This document shows positions 26,901 through 39,610 of a DNA stretch of 64,000 nucleotides, in pieces (positions within the stretch are counted from its first letter, which is position 1; the number at the start of each line of letters is the position of its first letter). The stretch lies in assembly GCA_000165425.1 (NCBI GenBank), contig CT867990.1:124001-188000 (forward strand), written 5' to 3'. The notes under the pieces are model-generated. The model was not told the DNA's origin. It saw only the letters and a program-made list of their open reading frames with translations, and made no database searches. This stretch comes from Paramecium tetraurelia. Lineage: Eukaryota. Position numbers and translations under genes: made by a program.

Positions 26901-27716
26901 TTGAAAGAAATCTCCATAATCCTAAGTATCCTAGTCCACTGTTTACAATTAACCAATTAAGTTTATTCCGATAAAGGAAAATGTTGATATAATAATTACA
27001 TAGAGTAAAAATAATAGAAGCAAGTCTCTGCTTGCCTTTGCAATTCCTTTGAGATTTCTTCTAAGGTCTTTTGAATAAAATATCATGAGTAAAGGTCTAA
27101 TCAATCGACTAAATCTGAATTAAGTTTGATCATATTAATAGTTTATAAAATCTGTTCCGCACAATAAGATAAATATCAATTTTAACATTCTCTTAGTATT
27201 AAATTAGAAGCCACCATCATTCTTTTTTGTTGCCAATAAAATGAAGGTAATAGTAAAATCGACAAACAACAAAATCAATATAATGAGCTCCAATTTAGAG
27301 ATGGATGAACTTTCTTAATAATCCGAATTCGGAAAAGGCTTCTCAAAGAATGTGAGAATCTGATAAAATAAAGTAATTGTGAAGAGCAATCCACCCCAAT
27401 TCCTGCTGTTTTCAATTTTCCATAAATTTTTTAATAACACTTTATCAGCCATATCAATATCATTTCTGATTGTTCTAAGATAATAAGCATCATATATATG
27501 TCTCTCAGCCTTTAATTATCTGTCATCAGAAGGCATATGCTTGACAATCTTGTAAATTTAAGCCACCAACATGTCATTTTTCTCTTAATACTTGCTATCC
27601 AATTTAGTTAGATTGACGGCATTAGTGGCCTTAAAAATTGCTGATCGTCTTGGATTTGGAAGCTTGGGTATGTAATCATCACGCAATTAAGGAGACTATC
27701 CTTCATCATATTTCAT
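23962..27716 (-). CDS. Two-pore channel (TPC)-like cation channel with EF-hand linker
   Basis: Two 6TM repeats: S4-I RFSRLIRPL, pore I FMTATLDFYPDIMIP, EF loops LDSNDVGYLTESQF and IDKDFNDKIQFDEF, S4-II RILRIAKIQKAFRIFRAFR, pore II ADFNSLGGSYLLMLQIFTAASWG. Confidence 0.85.
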
Positions 27717-28185
27717 TTTTAAATATATATCATAAATCTGAATATGTCAAATCACCTTATTCTAAAATATTATATAATTTTATTAAATCCTAAAAAAATC
27801 ATAAATTAGAAATGTTCAATAATTAATACCTCTCAAGCATATTGAAGTTCAGAAATATTCTCTTAAATCCCAATTTTTCAATAAATATTTTTGCAACATA
27901 ATTCTTATATAAAAAATTTAAATAGTTCCCTTTTTTTATGATTTCTACACTACCTAAGACTTGGATTACAATTGAAATTTTGGATCTGCCATCGTTTATC
28001 TATTTTTAGATTTAAGATAATTTGTAAAAATTTGGTAGTTTGGTGAATAATTGAAATGAATTCATTTGTTGATTAATAGTCCATGAATTGAATGCATAAC
28101 AATCTTTTATAGGCTGTTAAAATATTTAATCTTAATTATTTACATCAAATGTTTTATAAGAAAGGAATTAATATTTATTATAAAT

Positions 28186-30052
28186 ATGACTTCCAAAATT
28201 AAAGTGGGACACTACAACATCAATACTGATGAAATGCTAGGAAAAGGTTCATTTGGGATTGTTTATAGCTGTCAAAGCGATACTTTAAAAAATAAAGACT
28301 TGTGTGTTAAAGTAACCATATTGTTAATTAGATCATTTCTTGTAAAAATGCGACAGTTTAAGCTCATAAAGAAATTCAGCTACTTTAATTGCTCTAAAGA
28401 GTGACAAATCCGAATTTAATTACCATCTACGATGTGATTTAAGATTAAAATCAGATATATGTATTTATGGATAGGTGTAGAGGAGGAGACCTTAAATCCC
28501 TTATTTAAGACTACAATTTGAAGAAAAAATAGTTTACCTTAGAACAAATTGCAGATATGGTTAGTTAGATTGTATGTGGATATGAGGCCTTAATATAAAA
28601 CAAAATGATCCATAGAGATCTCAAACCTGCTAACATTTTATTTGAATTTAAGACAAAGGAGAAAATAACATTAAAAGTAATGTTCATCTAAATCAGATTA
28701 GTTAACAGATTTTGGGTTGTCAAAAGTATTAGATGACATTAGTATTAAACAATACATGACAAGAGTGGGAACTCCTGCTTATATGTCCCCACAAATTGCA
28801 TTGGGAGATAAATTTTCTGCAAAATGTGATATATTCTCGGTAATATTGTTAAATTATTCTAGTTGGGAATCATTATCTACGAATTAACATTTCTAGAAAT
28901 ACCATCCTAAGGGATGAACCCTTTGATACGTAATCTATTTTAAAAGTCTCTAAAAACTAAGCCGTTTGTTTGTCCTAACCTAAATCAGTAGCAACCTGCT
29001 TAATTGAAATGCTTGATTTAAGATTTAATTAACAAGATGCTCAGTTTTGAAGAGGAGAAGAGACCAAGTTGGGATTAATTAATAAAATCAGAAATAAGTA
29101 ATAACTATTCCATATCATTTAGTGACTATAGGTAAATAAGTCGTAGCTATCCCTATTGAGGTTAAATAAAAAAAGGAAGAAAACAATTTATAAGTTACAT
29201 TGTATAAACATGAGAAGAAGTTAAATAGGGAAAGATATTTTCATTAAACTTAGTTTCTTAGGTTTAATGAAATTAAATAAAATTTCAAGGGCAAAAATGA
29301 TCTTTTGAGAAAATCCTATCTTATTATATATACTATGATATGCAAAGCCCAACTATTATACAGTTTGCAATATTAATTTCAATCAGTAGTGTATTTAAAT
29401 ATAAATAATATAGAAAACAATACTTTCCAAATTTTGATGCCTATCATTTTGAGCTAATTTAGACATGCTTTATTGGATATCGCTTTAAGATTCTTGAGAA
29501 TGCTTTCGGATTTTGTAACCAAAAGTTAGACTTAATTGATGAATCACTCAAGAAATAATTTGAGAATTAATTTTTGTAAATGACATAAGAAATTTATCAA
29601 TCAAATGATTTAGAGATACAAGAAATTAAAAAATTTGTTTATGATTTTCTCCTATAAACAAAGGATATATTCCAATAAGCAGAAAACGAATTAATAAATT
29701 CTAAAACAAAAAATTAATATCCCAAGAACATAGAAAAGTTTTATAAATTGATTTCTTAATAAGATTTTACAGACTTTGGAATATATGCTAAATGGTTTTA
29801 TTTTTTTTGGAATCAGCATCTTCGCAAATTATTGAATTATGATAAAACCAAATAGAACGACATAAAATATTAATTGTAATTGATTCTTTAAATTGTAGAC
29901 TATTAATCTAAATTGAGAGATTTCTTAATTTGGAAACAGACCATCCTTTTAAAAAATATGAGAAATTTGATGAAACCTCAATACTATTATTATTTGAAAA
30001 TTCTGCATAGGATGATCTAGAGAGATAAATATAAATAAGAGTATACATTTGA
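28186..30052 (+). CDS. Ser/Thr protein kinase (ULK/CAMK-like) with C-terminal extension
   Basis: LGKGSFG, LCVK, HRDLKPANIL, TDFGLS and VGTPAYMSPQ across tiny introns. Confidence 0.88.
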
Positions 30053-30114
30053 AAACAGAATAATAGATATATAACCAATTTATTTCATTTATTAATTTAT
30101 TTATTTTATTATCA

Positions 30115-30980
30115 ATGCTCCAGAAATTTGATGATAATCAAAGAATATAGTTGGTTGATATTCAATAATCACCATTCAATGCTCAAACTTTATTACAAGT
30201 AATTTTAAAAAGGGATAAACTATTAAATGGCTTAGTGAATTGGTTGCATGAGGCAACGAAAAAATCTTTGTTAGATGATAAGCATGGGCAACTATACCTT
30301 AGAATAATGAAGGTTTGCGCCATTCATTTTGCCTATTATCAATTATTACAGGGATTCAATTTTATTGCTACTGAGGAAAATTATGCTGGGATATCTAATC
30401 ATTTTTTTAAGATATTTGAAACTGAGGAGGATTACAAAGACTAAATTAGAAAATTTTAAAAAAGTGATACTAGAACCGTAAAAGCTATGCAAGAGGAATT
30501 CGAGAAAAGAATGTTCACATTAAAAAAATGGAAAAAAGTATTAAAAATATTTAAGATTAGAAATTTATGGACGATTATGAATAAATAAAAAAAGATTTTA
30601 AGGACACTGATAACGAATATATTAAGTTCCATAAATTAAAATAATAGATTGAGATGGAAAAACAAAAAGACTTCGACATTTACTAATACTACTTTACATT
30701 GTTCTATTAGGAAGAATGGTTTAAAGAACCATTTGAAGATTATTCTATTGAATTATTACGGTAATAGAATTATTTAAATTTATTAGTTTGTTTAGTCTGA
30801 TCAAATAGTTCTTAAGATTGGACACTTTATATCCAATTGAATAATACGCCAACTAGTCGTTAACTCTTTTAGACATCAATGAACAGGAGAAATCAAAAGA
30901 TTATTACATTAGAATTATTAAATAAAAATGAATTAAAAATATATAAAAAAACATGTAAATTAAAAACATTATTAATTTGA
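30115..30980 (+). CDS. Hypothetical protein (boundaries approximate)
   Basis: The ORF-track fragment 30235-30444 extends in both directions under table 6. Confidence 0.45.
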
Positions 30981-30999
30981 ATAAATCAATTATCAAATA

Positions 31000-31698
31000 A
31001 ATTCTGATTTTCATCATTCTCGTTAATTACTTTATTAATAATATATGAATAGATACCTTCTTTTTTTTCACTTTATTGGTTTTAAATTTAATCTTCGAAA
31101 TCAATTTATTCGTGATCTTAAGGTTATTTTACTGCAGATTCATTTACCTATAATGGCAATGGTTCTTATTCAATGCTTTGAGATACAACTTATTTTGGTT
31201 GAGGCTAGAATGTTAATTTATTCCAATACTTATGGTGGAATCAATTCATTGGCAACGTGGTATTATCCTGATCTTTCATAAATAATTCCACTTTCCTCTG
31301 CTTAAGCCAAAAAACTATGAACAGCTTATTCTTCAACCTCGTTTGTATAGAACAAAGTGAGGTTATTTGTAATATCTTTTAATGGTGCAGATGTTCCATA
31401 TGAAGCAATTACATTAATTACATTTTCTTGTAATTAATTTGGGAATTATTGATTAGGAGTTTCAGGGTAATAAAGTTTATCTTATTTCAAATTAAAAATT
31501 ACTAAATCTATCCTTTGTAGCCTTTGGTTTCTTTTCTTATGGTTATTTTTTTCCTTTTTTAATAGGAGATTGAGGTTGTGATGCAGACTATTCAGCTGGT
31601 TCATCATTAGCTTTTGCCTTTTTTCCTTTTTTAATTTTCTTATCAACAACTTCTGGTGTTTTAACTTGTTCTTATTTGCTTTACTTTCCTTTTGGCAT
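31000..31698 (-). CDS. Lys-rich N-terminus / acidic low-complexity protein (3' end approximate)
   Basis: MPKGKQSKQEQVKTPEVVDKKIKKGKKAK...QSPIKK, then a long E/Q/P-rich frame. Confidence 0.6.
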
Positions 31699-31738
31699 TA
31701 AACTTTTCTAGATGATATAATTTAAATATAAACTAAAA

Positions 31739-31746
31739 GCGGCAAA
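31739..31746 (-). promoter_or_regulatory. E2F-consensus site TTTGCCGC in a divergent spacer
   Basis: gcggcaaa on +, matching TTTSSCGC, in the 105-nt gap between ATGs at 31698(-) and 31804(+). Confidence 0.45.
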
Positions 31747-31803
31747 TATTTGTATAGATTATAATCTTATTTATTATTGAATTGGCCAATAATATTGTAG
31801 ATA

Positions 31804-32641
31804 ATGAGTGATAAGAAAAATAATAACATACCATAAAATAACAATCAGGCAGAGGATCCCAATTATGCATTGCAAATGTAGATTATTGCATTTTAAGATT
31901 AAACCATCAATAATTTAAAAAATATTATCATTGAAAAAGATTCTGAGCTTTAAGTATGATCAATATTGTAATAGAAAAAAAATCAAGAAAATGCCTAATT
32001 GAGACAACAGATTCAAATGATCGAGAAATAGCAATCGCAATAATAAATGTCTCATTAGTAGGAAAATTCAAATATTTTAAATTTATAATCTCAATATCAG
32101 AAAACATTGGATGAGCTCAAGAAATTGAAAGTGATTTTCAATTAGAACTCTAATCCTGATATAGTCATGGAATCACTTGAAATCAAGTAATAGTGAATTT
32201 AATATAAATCTATAGAGAATAATTAGTCTTAATTTAGCAATAAAAAAATAAACTTGAAATTGAATTAAAAGTATTTATCAACTAAATCACAATACTAGGA
32301 AGCATAAACGAGACTCATCCAATCTCAAGGCATCATTTAAGAACTCTAGAGAGAAAATTACCAATTAAAATCATTTTCAATGCCCTCATTTTCTAATCAG
32401 CCCCCAATGCAATAGGCATCTATTAGTTAGAGTTAATTCTTATAATAACAATACCCATCAAACAACTAAAGGTATTTTCTCTATTGTATTTAGTTAAAAT
32501 AACGAGGAACTTTAAAGGAATCAAAGAAAACTTCAGCTAAAAAATGAATTAAGATAAATTCCCTCTTAAGGTAGAACATAAGCATAATAAAGAAGAATTC
32601 AATAAATTGAGGATGAATTAAATTACTTAGAATAATTTTGA
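31804..32641 (+). CDS. Coiled-coil, Q-rich hypothetical protein
   Basis: MSDKKNNNIPQ...QDQTINNLKNIIIEKDSELQ, several tiny introns, TGA at ~32641. Confidence 0.6.
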
Positions 32642-32775
32642 TAAATATTAAAATTCATATATTATTTAGTCTAACTTGGTCCTATATTCAGCTCTGTTAA
32701 AAAAAATATCAAAAACCTTTCTGATTGTATATATAATAAAATCAAAATTGGTTTGGTTTTTATTTATTAAATAAA

Positions 32776-33538
32776 ATGAGCAACGATTATAATTATATGT
32801 TCAAATTCATAGTAGTAGGAGACACAAGTAACATAATCATTAAAACCATTTAAGATGTAGGAAAATCTTGTTTATTGTTGCAATTTACAGAAAACAAATT
32901 TTGCGATCATACGGAAAGCACAGTAGGCGTCGAATTTGGCTATAAGACAATAAAATTAAATGATTAATCGATAAAACTGCAAATTTGGGACACAGTAAGA
33001 AAAATAAATAAAATTTGTAAGGCAGGCTAAGATTCGTTCAAATCGATCACAAGATCTTATTATCGAGGAGCGATTGGAGGATTACTTGTATTTGATTTTA
33101 GTAGAAGATCAACATTTGAAGACATCAAAAAATGGTTAAGAGAAATAAAAACTTTTTCTTGCGATAAGATTGAATTAGTACTTGTTGGCAATAAATCTGA
33201 TTTATAAAAGAAAGATGTAACAATTTAAGAAGTTGAAGAGTATGCATAATAAGAGAAGTTAGATTTTTATGAAACTTCAGCTAAAACAGGGAAGAATGTA
33301 GATGTTGTCTTTGAAAGTGTAGCTAATAAAATTTTAAGAAAAATCGAAACCAAATAAATTAATTTAGATGATTAAGTAAATAATTGATTAAAAATAGATG
33401 TTAGGAATTAAGGTGAATTTTAATGGGAAAATGAAAAAAAAGTAAAAGTCTCAAAATAATCTTTCTCCATCTTACAATATAACATTGAATGGAAAATAAA
33501 ATGAAGAAGAGAAGAATGACAAAAAAAGTTGTTGTTGA
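32776..33538 (+). CDS. Rab GTPase, Rab2/4/14 group
   Basis: FKFIVVGDTNVGKSCLL, TVGVEF, QIWDTAGQ, SITRSYYRGA, GNKSD, ETSAK and a C-terminal SCC prenylation motif. Three introns. Confidence 0.93.
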
Positions 33539-33650
33539 CTGTTTCTTAATTTTTTGTAATTTATTATATTAATGTTTGTGTGTGTGTTATTCTAGAAATA
33601 CTTTTTGAGTAGATCAATTTTGAATAAAAATAATAGCAATTTGAGTCATT

Positions 33651-34875
33651 TCATACCATTAAAGATTTCTGATTATTGTATTTTCTTAATTCGTATTCCA
33701 TAACATAATTGACAATCTTTATAATTCCAATTGCTATAATAGTGCAGCCAATCAATGTGAAGAAGTTCTTGAGTAGATTCTTTTAATTTGATTCTTAATA
33801 ATGAATGGACTCAACTAAACCAATCTAACTATTTTGTTTATCAAATATTGTGTAATACTTCCTCATAAAAGGACTACCTAAAATCATTAATTAGTCATTA
33901 TGTGATCTAATATTTGATATCAATACATAACATATAGGTTCGTGATTATTTGTGTGAATATAGAATTATGGTTCTAATGAGAATTCTTAGCTATCTAAAA
34001 GTATTTTTATTGTAGGAAATTCAGAAATATCATTAGTTGGACAGGAGCATTTAATGATTTCTGTCCACACACAGTTAGTGAATACATTTTATAAATTCAC
34101 TAATATATTTTTAGGGAAGATCAGTAAAGAGCTTCCAGAATCGATCATGGCATAAAGATCAACTCCTAAAATGCCATTCATGTCTATTTTTTCTGATGAA
34201 ATGATCCATTATTCATCGGATTTAACATATCTTATTTCCTTGTTGAACAAGCTCTCATCATAACCTCCAAAAGTTATTGAAGATTAACGATTAGAGTTTT
34301 CAAAATTATAATAAAAACTGATGGGCCACTCAATAAAAGAATGATTAGATGATTATTATAGTCCTACTACTCCATCATAGATTGCTCCTTCCATTCCAGT
34401 TACTTCATCAACTAAAATAAACTGAGATTCATCGAAATGCTCGTTTATTGAGAACATGCCCAAACATTTAACTCCAATTAATGCTCCCACATGATAAGTT
34501 ATTGAAGCTTATTCTTATGATGGAATGCATGTTGGTTATTCACAAACAATTCCAATTTAATTTTTATTACATCTTTGACAATTAATACTTGGTAACCACA
34601 TCTATGATGAACCTGTATCAAAAATTACTTTGAAGCTATACATAGTATAATGTTTACTGTAATATTGAGTCTTTAGAAAGAACTCTGATTTGTCCCACAT
34701 ATTGATAATTATAAAAGTTTTGCAAGTCTAAGGTTTAGTTTTTTTCTTATTGAGTTGAGTTGATATCAATTAGGAGGGAACTTTCTTAAACTTGTTGGGT
34801 GTCTAGAAATATTGTATACTTGGCTAAAACAAGGTGTATGCATGCAACACTAATTAACAATTAAACTATTATCAT
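33651..34875 (-). CDS. Pepsin-family (A1) aspartyl protease with signal peptide and C-terminal TM
   Basis: VIFDTGSSQMW, DGVVGL, MIDSGSS, MILGSPFMRKYYTIFD, then TM FFTLIGCTIIAIGII. Confidence 0.9.
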
Positions 34876-34893
34876 ATATAAATTATATACAAA

Positions 34894-35749
34894 TCATTAT
34901 AACATTCTATACTAGGTTTAAGGTTTAGAAATGAGTAATAATAGACTTAATTGAAATCTTCGATTCTTATCCAACTTAACGTAGGTTCTTTTTCTTTCAT
35001 TTGATGTCAAATTCTTCAGTAATTCAGTTTAAAATTTACTCATACTTTCCATTAATATTACATATTACATTTTATACTCAGGTATTCTTGTATTATGTTT
35101 AAGAATGATACTTGTTTTGATTAAACATTTCGATTACGAAATTACTTTAAAACAATCGAGTAGCTTATGGAGTAGTTGGTTACTTGACCAATTTTAATTC
35201 AGGGATCTTTTATGCTTTCAAAAAAGGAGGCAGTTTATTTTGTAGACTATTGTTCTTTCGATGCACTCTCGTAGAGATCTAATTGTGTTTGGAATTGAAC
35301 TGAAATGATTATTTAAATTCGCTTTAACTAGCTAATAAAGTAGATTGAATTAATTCTGTATTTTCAGGAGTGCCTCCCAAAAGATTCTTTAATTTTAGCC
35401 TTGTAGCAGGCAGTTAATTATCATGCAAACTACTTGTGTTTGAAATTGAGTTCTTGCTTAGAAAGTTGTGACTACTTTTTGGAGAATTAAAGATACTGGA
35501 TGCATCACTTTTTCTTTTTCTATGATAAGATTCACTTGATATCAATCTACCCATGCTATCTCTTTCATTGAGGAAAGGTACAAAAGTTTGCTTTTTTTCA
35601 ATTAACTGATTTAATGGATGCTCATAGTTGGATAATGAATCTATGATCAATGCTCTTTTAACAGCATCTGTTTTATGTAAAGCTGGAAGTTGTCTGTCTT
35701 TATAAAAAACACAATAATCCAATAGATTTTCAGAGGATTGCTTTTTCAT
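34894..35749 (-). CDS. Hypothetical protein
   Basis: ORF-track 35414-35749 continues through Gln codons to TGA at ~34894. Confidence 0.6.
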
Positions 35750-35772
35750 TATTTATATATTTGTAATTAATC

Positions 35773-36255
35773 ATGAGTTACGAAGCATGTGATTTATAAA
35801 CAGATTCAAGATATCCTTTTGATCCAAGAGCCAATGCTTTTGAGTTAGCTAAAATGGAAAGTATCAGAAGAAAGCAGCATCCCCTTATATTAATAACAAG
35901 TGTTAAATCAAGTGGAGTGCATTACTTTATAGGGCCATCAAAATCCTATTCTCATGATTACCCAGTTGAACTGGAGCCTTACATAACAAAGGATGATTTC
36001 GAAGCCTTCATTTCAGAGGTAAATGATGTAATAGTAAAATATTGGCCTTGCTTTTTCACTTTCATTTTGGCATTCGCTTTTTCGGTTGTCACTTGTTTCC
36101 TAAGTCTGTATCTACCCAGGGTTTGTATTGAAGATGTGTAAAGATTTCTGGGATATGTATTAGAGAGATGGAACGAGACTTGGGAACAAAAGGGTATTAA
36201 AGTGGAATACAAAAGAAACCTTTTAAATAGTGAATTATAATTTTATAAATTATGA
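35773..36255 (+). CDS. Golgin A7/Erf4 (CHIC-like) family protein
   Basis: Intronless 160 aa: YPVELEPYITKDDFEAFISEVN...WPC, hydrophobic Cys stretch, ...WNETWEQKGI. Confidence 0.75.
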
Positions 36256-36476
36256 AAATGTTCTATTTCAACAAGTTATTGGTGAATCTATTCACGAAGA
36301 CAATTTGGAAGTTTTGGATGTGTACTTCCAAACACTCTTTTGATAAAACTGGAAAGTGTAATTAAATTGGTTTAATTTGAAAAATTTCTATCATTCAATT
36401 AGTCTTAATCCTGTTTATTAAATTAATGAGTAAATTATAAGAATCATATACATTTGAAAATAACAGGAAATATAAA

Positions 36477-38227
36477 ATGAAAACAGAAAGAAGTGCCTTA
36501 ATGGCATCTCCAAAGAACAAGGAATTTGATGTTTCAGATGATTTTGTGAAGAAATCGAATGAGAATTACAAGAATTAATAAAAAGAATTAGAGAAACTGC
36601 ATTCAGTTGTTGGAAATAAGGAAGATTAAATAAGAAAACTATAAGATCTAGTAAAGCTGCAACAAAAAGAGATTGATCGCTTAACTCATATAAATGAATA
36701 TTTGATGTAGGCTAATTAGACCAAATTGAGCATCTTAAGGGATGAGAGACAACTAAATCAAGGAAGTAAATAAAGTATGAAAAATAAGAATCATAAATCT
36801 TTAATGCCTCTAGAGAAAAAGATTATTAAACTACCAGAAGATAATACACAATCAATTAAATTATTCAGAAGATCAACATTTCGTAATCCAACATTAATGA
36901 AATTCCATCAAGAGGAAGGAGACACTTTTAAGAGCGAAAGGAATACTTCTGGATCCTCTAATTTTTATGATATTCTACAACAGGAGGATTGCTTCAGAAC
37001 TAATGCTATTTTAAATATCTAATTATGTACTTAAGATTTTGAGTTATAATAGCTGATGAGGATGCAACTACTCAATACAATCAAGATGGGACAGTGTCAT
37101 TAATGAAAGTACTTTTGGATTCAGAAGAGGTCTTTAATGAAATCATCTAATCAATATCTGCTTAGAAGTTGTCGTTTCTATTTGATAAATTTAAAAGAGT
37201 CATGTCAGATCACTAATAATTATTCCTATTAGTCTTGAGATTAAAGAAGATTGTAACTGGTGCTTTACAAATGAATACATCTGTCCTTCTGGATGATGCA
37301 TTACAAAACATTATAGATAAATGTGTTGATTGTTTGGAATGTGATAGAGCTTCATGTTTCATTGTAGACCAAACTAAAAAGGAATTGTGGACTAGAGTAG
37401 CCAAAGGAACTTCCACCACTATTCGATTGCAAATTGGATAGGGATTGGCTGGTTTTGTTGCATAGAATCACACAATCTTGAATATTGAGGATGCTTACAG
37501 AGATTAAAGATTTAATACACAATAAGATACAAAAAACAATTACAAAACTAAGACACTTTTAGTCTCTCCAATTCTAGATGGCGACAAATGTGTTGGTGTG
37601 CTTCAATGCGTCAATAAGTCTAATGGATTCTTTACTAAAGATGACGAAGCATTACTATAAATAATGGCTGAATTTAGTAAGAGTGTACTTAAGAATGCTT
37701 TGAATAATGATGCCTAGATACTTATTTAGAATAAACTCAGACATATCATCAAAACAGGAGTCATTTTACAAGGAAAATAAGATAATCTCTTAGAATTATT
37801 GCTTTCTTCTGAAGAGCGTCTTCGTTCATTAATGAATGTCGATTATGCAAAGGTTATTTATTGGGATAACTGTTTGTATCATGTCAATAAGGATGGTAAG
37901 ATGACAGAGACTTAGAATCTATTAGGAATTGTAGGAAAATGCATTGAAGAACAATAAATAATGGCTGTAACTAATTGCTACAATAGTCCAATATTCAATC
38001 CAAATATTGATATAGAAACTAATATGCCAATAATTTGCATGCCTTTGAAAACATAAAGTCATTAAATTATTGGAGCCATCCAAGTAATCAATGTTAAGGG
38101 TATTGGAAATATTTCTTCACATAGTGATACCAAGATTAATCCTATAGATCTAGACATGCTGGAGCTTTTCTGTTAGCTTTGTTCATAATCTTTATTGCAA
38201 TGCAAAATACACAAATAATAATTATGA
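36477..38227 (+). CDS. Coiled-coil plus tandem GAF-domain protein, no catalytic domain
   Basis: CDRASCFIVD...GQGLAGFVA...NIEDAYRDQRFN...GVLQCVNKSNGFFTKDDE, then a second GAF-like AYNSP-type segment CYNSPIFNPNID...IGAIQVIN, then stop. Confidence 0.85.
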
Positions 38228-38257
38228 TGATATTAATTAAAATATTTATATATAATT

Positions 38258-39552
38258 ATGGGCAATTCATAAAAAAATGATTCGAAACTAATCTCCACTG
38301 TTTGGTTAGGTGTTAATGTAAAATGCAAATCCTAAGATAGGATGATTGGACTTCGATTATGAAAGAAAGATTATCTCGCATTTCTGAAGAATGGGCTGTT
38401 CCTTCAATCAAATGTTTGGATAGATTTGTTTATAATGAACAGAAAAAATTTAGACATAAAATTAAACTAATTTGTATTTTTGTGTCTTATGAATAGTAAC
38501 TAAGACAATGAAAGATGAGTAATATGATAAGCTATTACAATCAAGTTTGGTGTTTTTGTAAATTCATTTCAATTTATTATGTTGTTTATAGAAAAACTAA
38601 TGAATATCTTCGTCAAGATTTGCAATCAACCACCGGAACATCTGATCTTACCATCTCCACTAATTCTAATTCAAGTAATTACTTGTGAAATAGCATAGTT
38701 GGTAAAATCAATGAGAGTCAATCCATATCATCCAAAATCTTGGAAAGTATGTACCCAGAAAATCAAAATTCTTAAGTATCATAATTCTATGTGTTTTTAT
38801 CTTGTATTAACGATGCCCTAAGTTACCAAAAGCATCCTTTTATTCATATCATTAATTTCTTTAGAGAATGGGCAATCAATCAATTAATTAGTATGAAAGA
38901 TCCTCAAAATACTACCCATTAATTAAAATTAAAACTCTAGAAATTTTAGAGCTCATCTGATCTATTTTTGAATTTCCTTGTGTTTTCCTTGAATGAGTAT
39001 TTGGGAGATTTTGGAGATGATATAAGTGATGAAGGGATATTTAAATACATCAAAGACAAATAAAATTATTTTAATTTATTTTTAGAACATGTAATAATTC
39101 AAACTTATTTATCCTAGACATTTGATGACACATTAATTATTCATTTAATGGAGGTGCTCAATTACCTACATAAAAATAATAATAACAATTTTATTGAAAA
39201 AATAAAGCATATTAGAAAGAAACCAGATTTTTTTGAGATTCCTAAGAAATATCAAACTCAAGAAACACCTTTCCTTTAAGAAATCTCTTGTTTAAATGAA
39301 GTCCAATATCTAAAACGACCAGCTGCCATATTTTGCTGCTTCACAAAAACATATTTGATGATCAAGGATCATTTGACTCGATCTGCTTCTAATTTTTTGT
39401 TTTTCTAAGTAACCAATTATGTGATTGTGCATTCTAATATTGAAAATTTTCATGCGCTATTACATTTATTAGAACTCTTCTATTGTAATTCGCCTATTTT
39501 ACTTAAATATAATTAATCCTTGGAATTCATATAAAATATTATTATTTCTTGA
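38258..39552 (+). CDS. Putative N-myristoylated protein with a degenerate VPS9-like C-terminus
   Basis: Starts MGNSQ. The C-terminus PFLQEISCLNEVQYLKRP...NYVIVHSNIENFHALLHLLE resembles the VPS9 helical pattern. Confidence 0.5.
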
Positions 39553-39610
39553 ATGAGAAAAATGATTAAATAAGTAACAATATAATTTATATTTATTAAT
39601 AAATAATAAA

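Noticed and set aside
34876..34896. Possible fusion of the upstream ORF with the aspartyl protease
   Set aside because: An in-frame TGA at 34894-34896 ends the upstream gene, and the protease has its own signal peptide.
36251..36343. Coding-looking stretch YENVLFQQVIGESIHEDNLEVLDVYFQTLF after GOLGA7
   Set aside because: No start codon or splice path links it to a gene, and it is too short to support.
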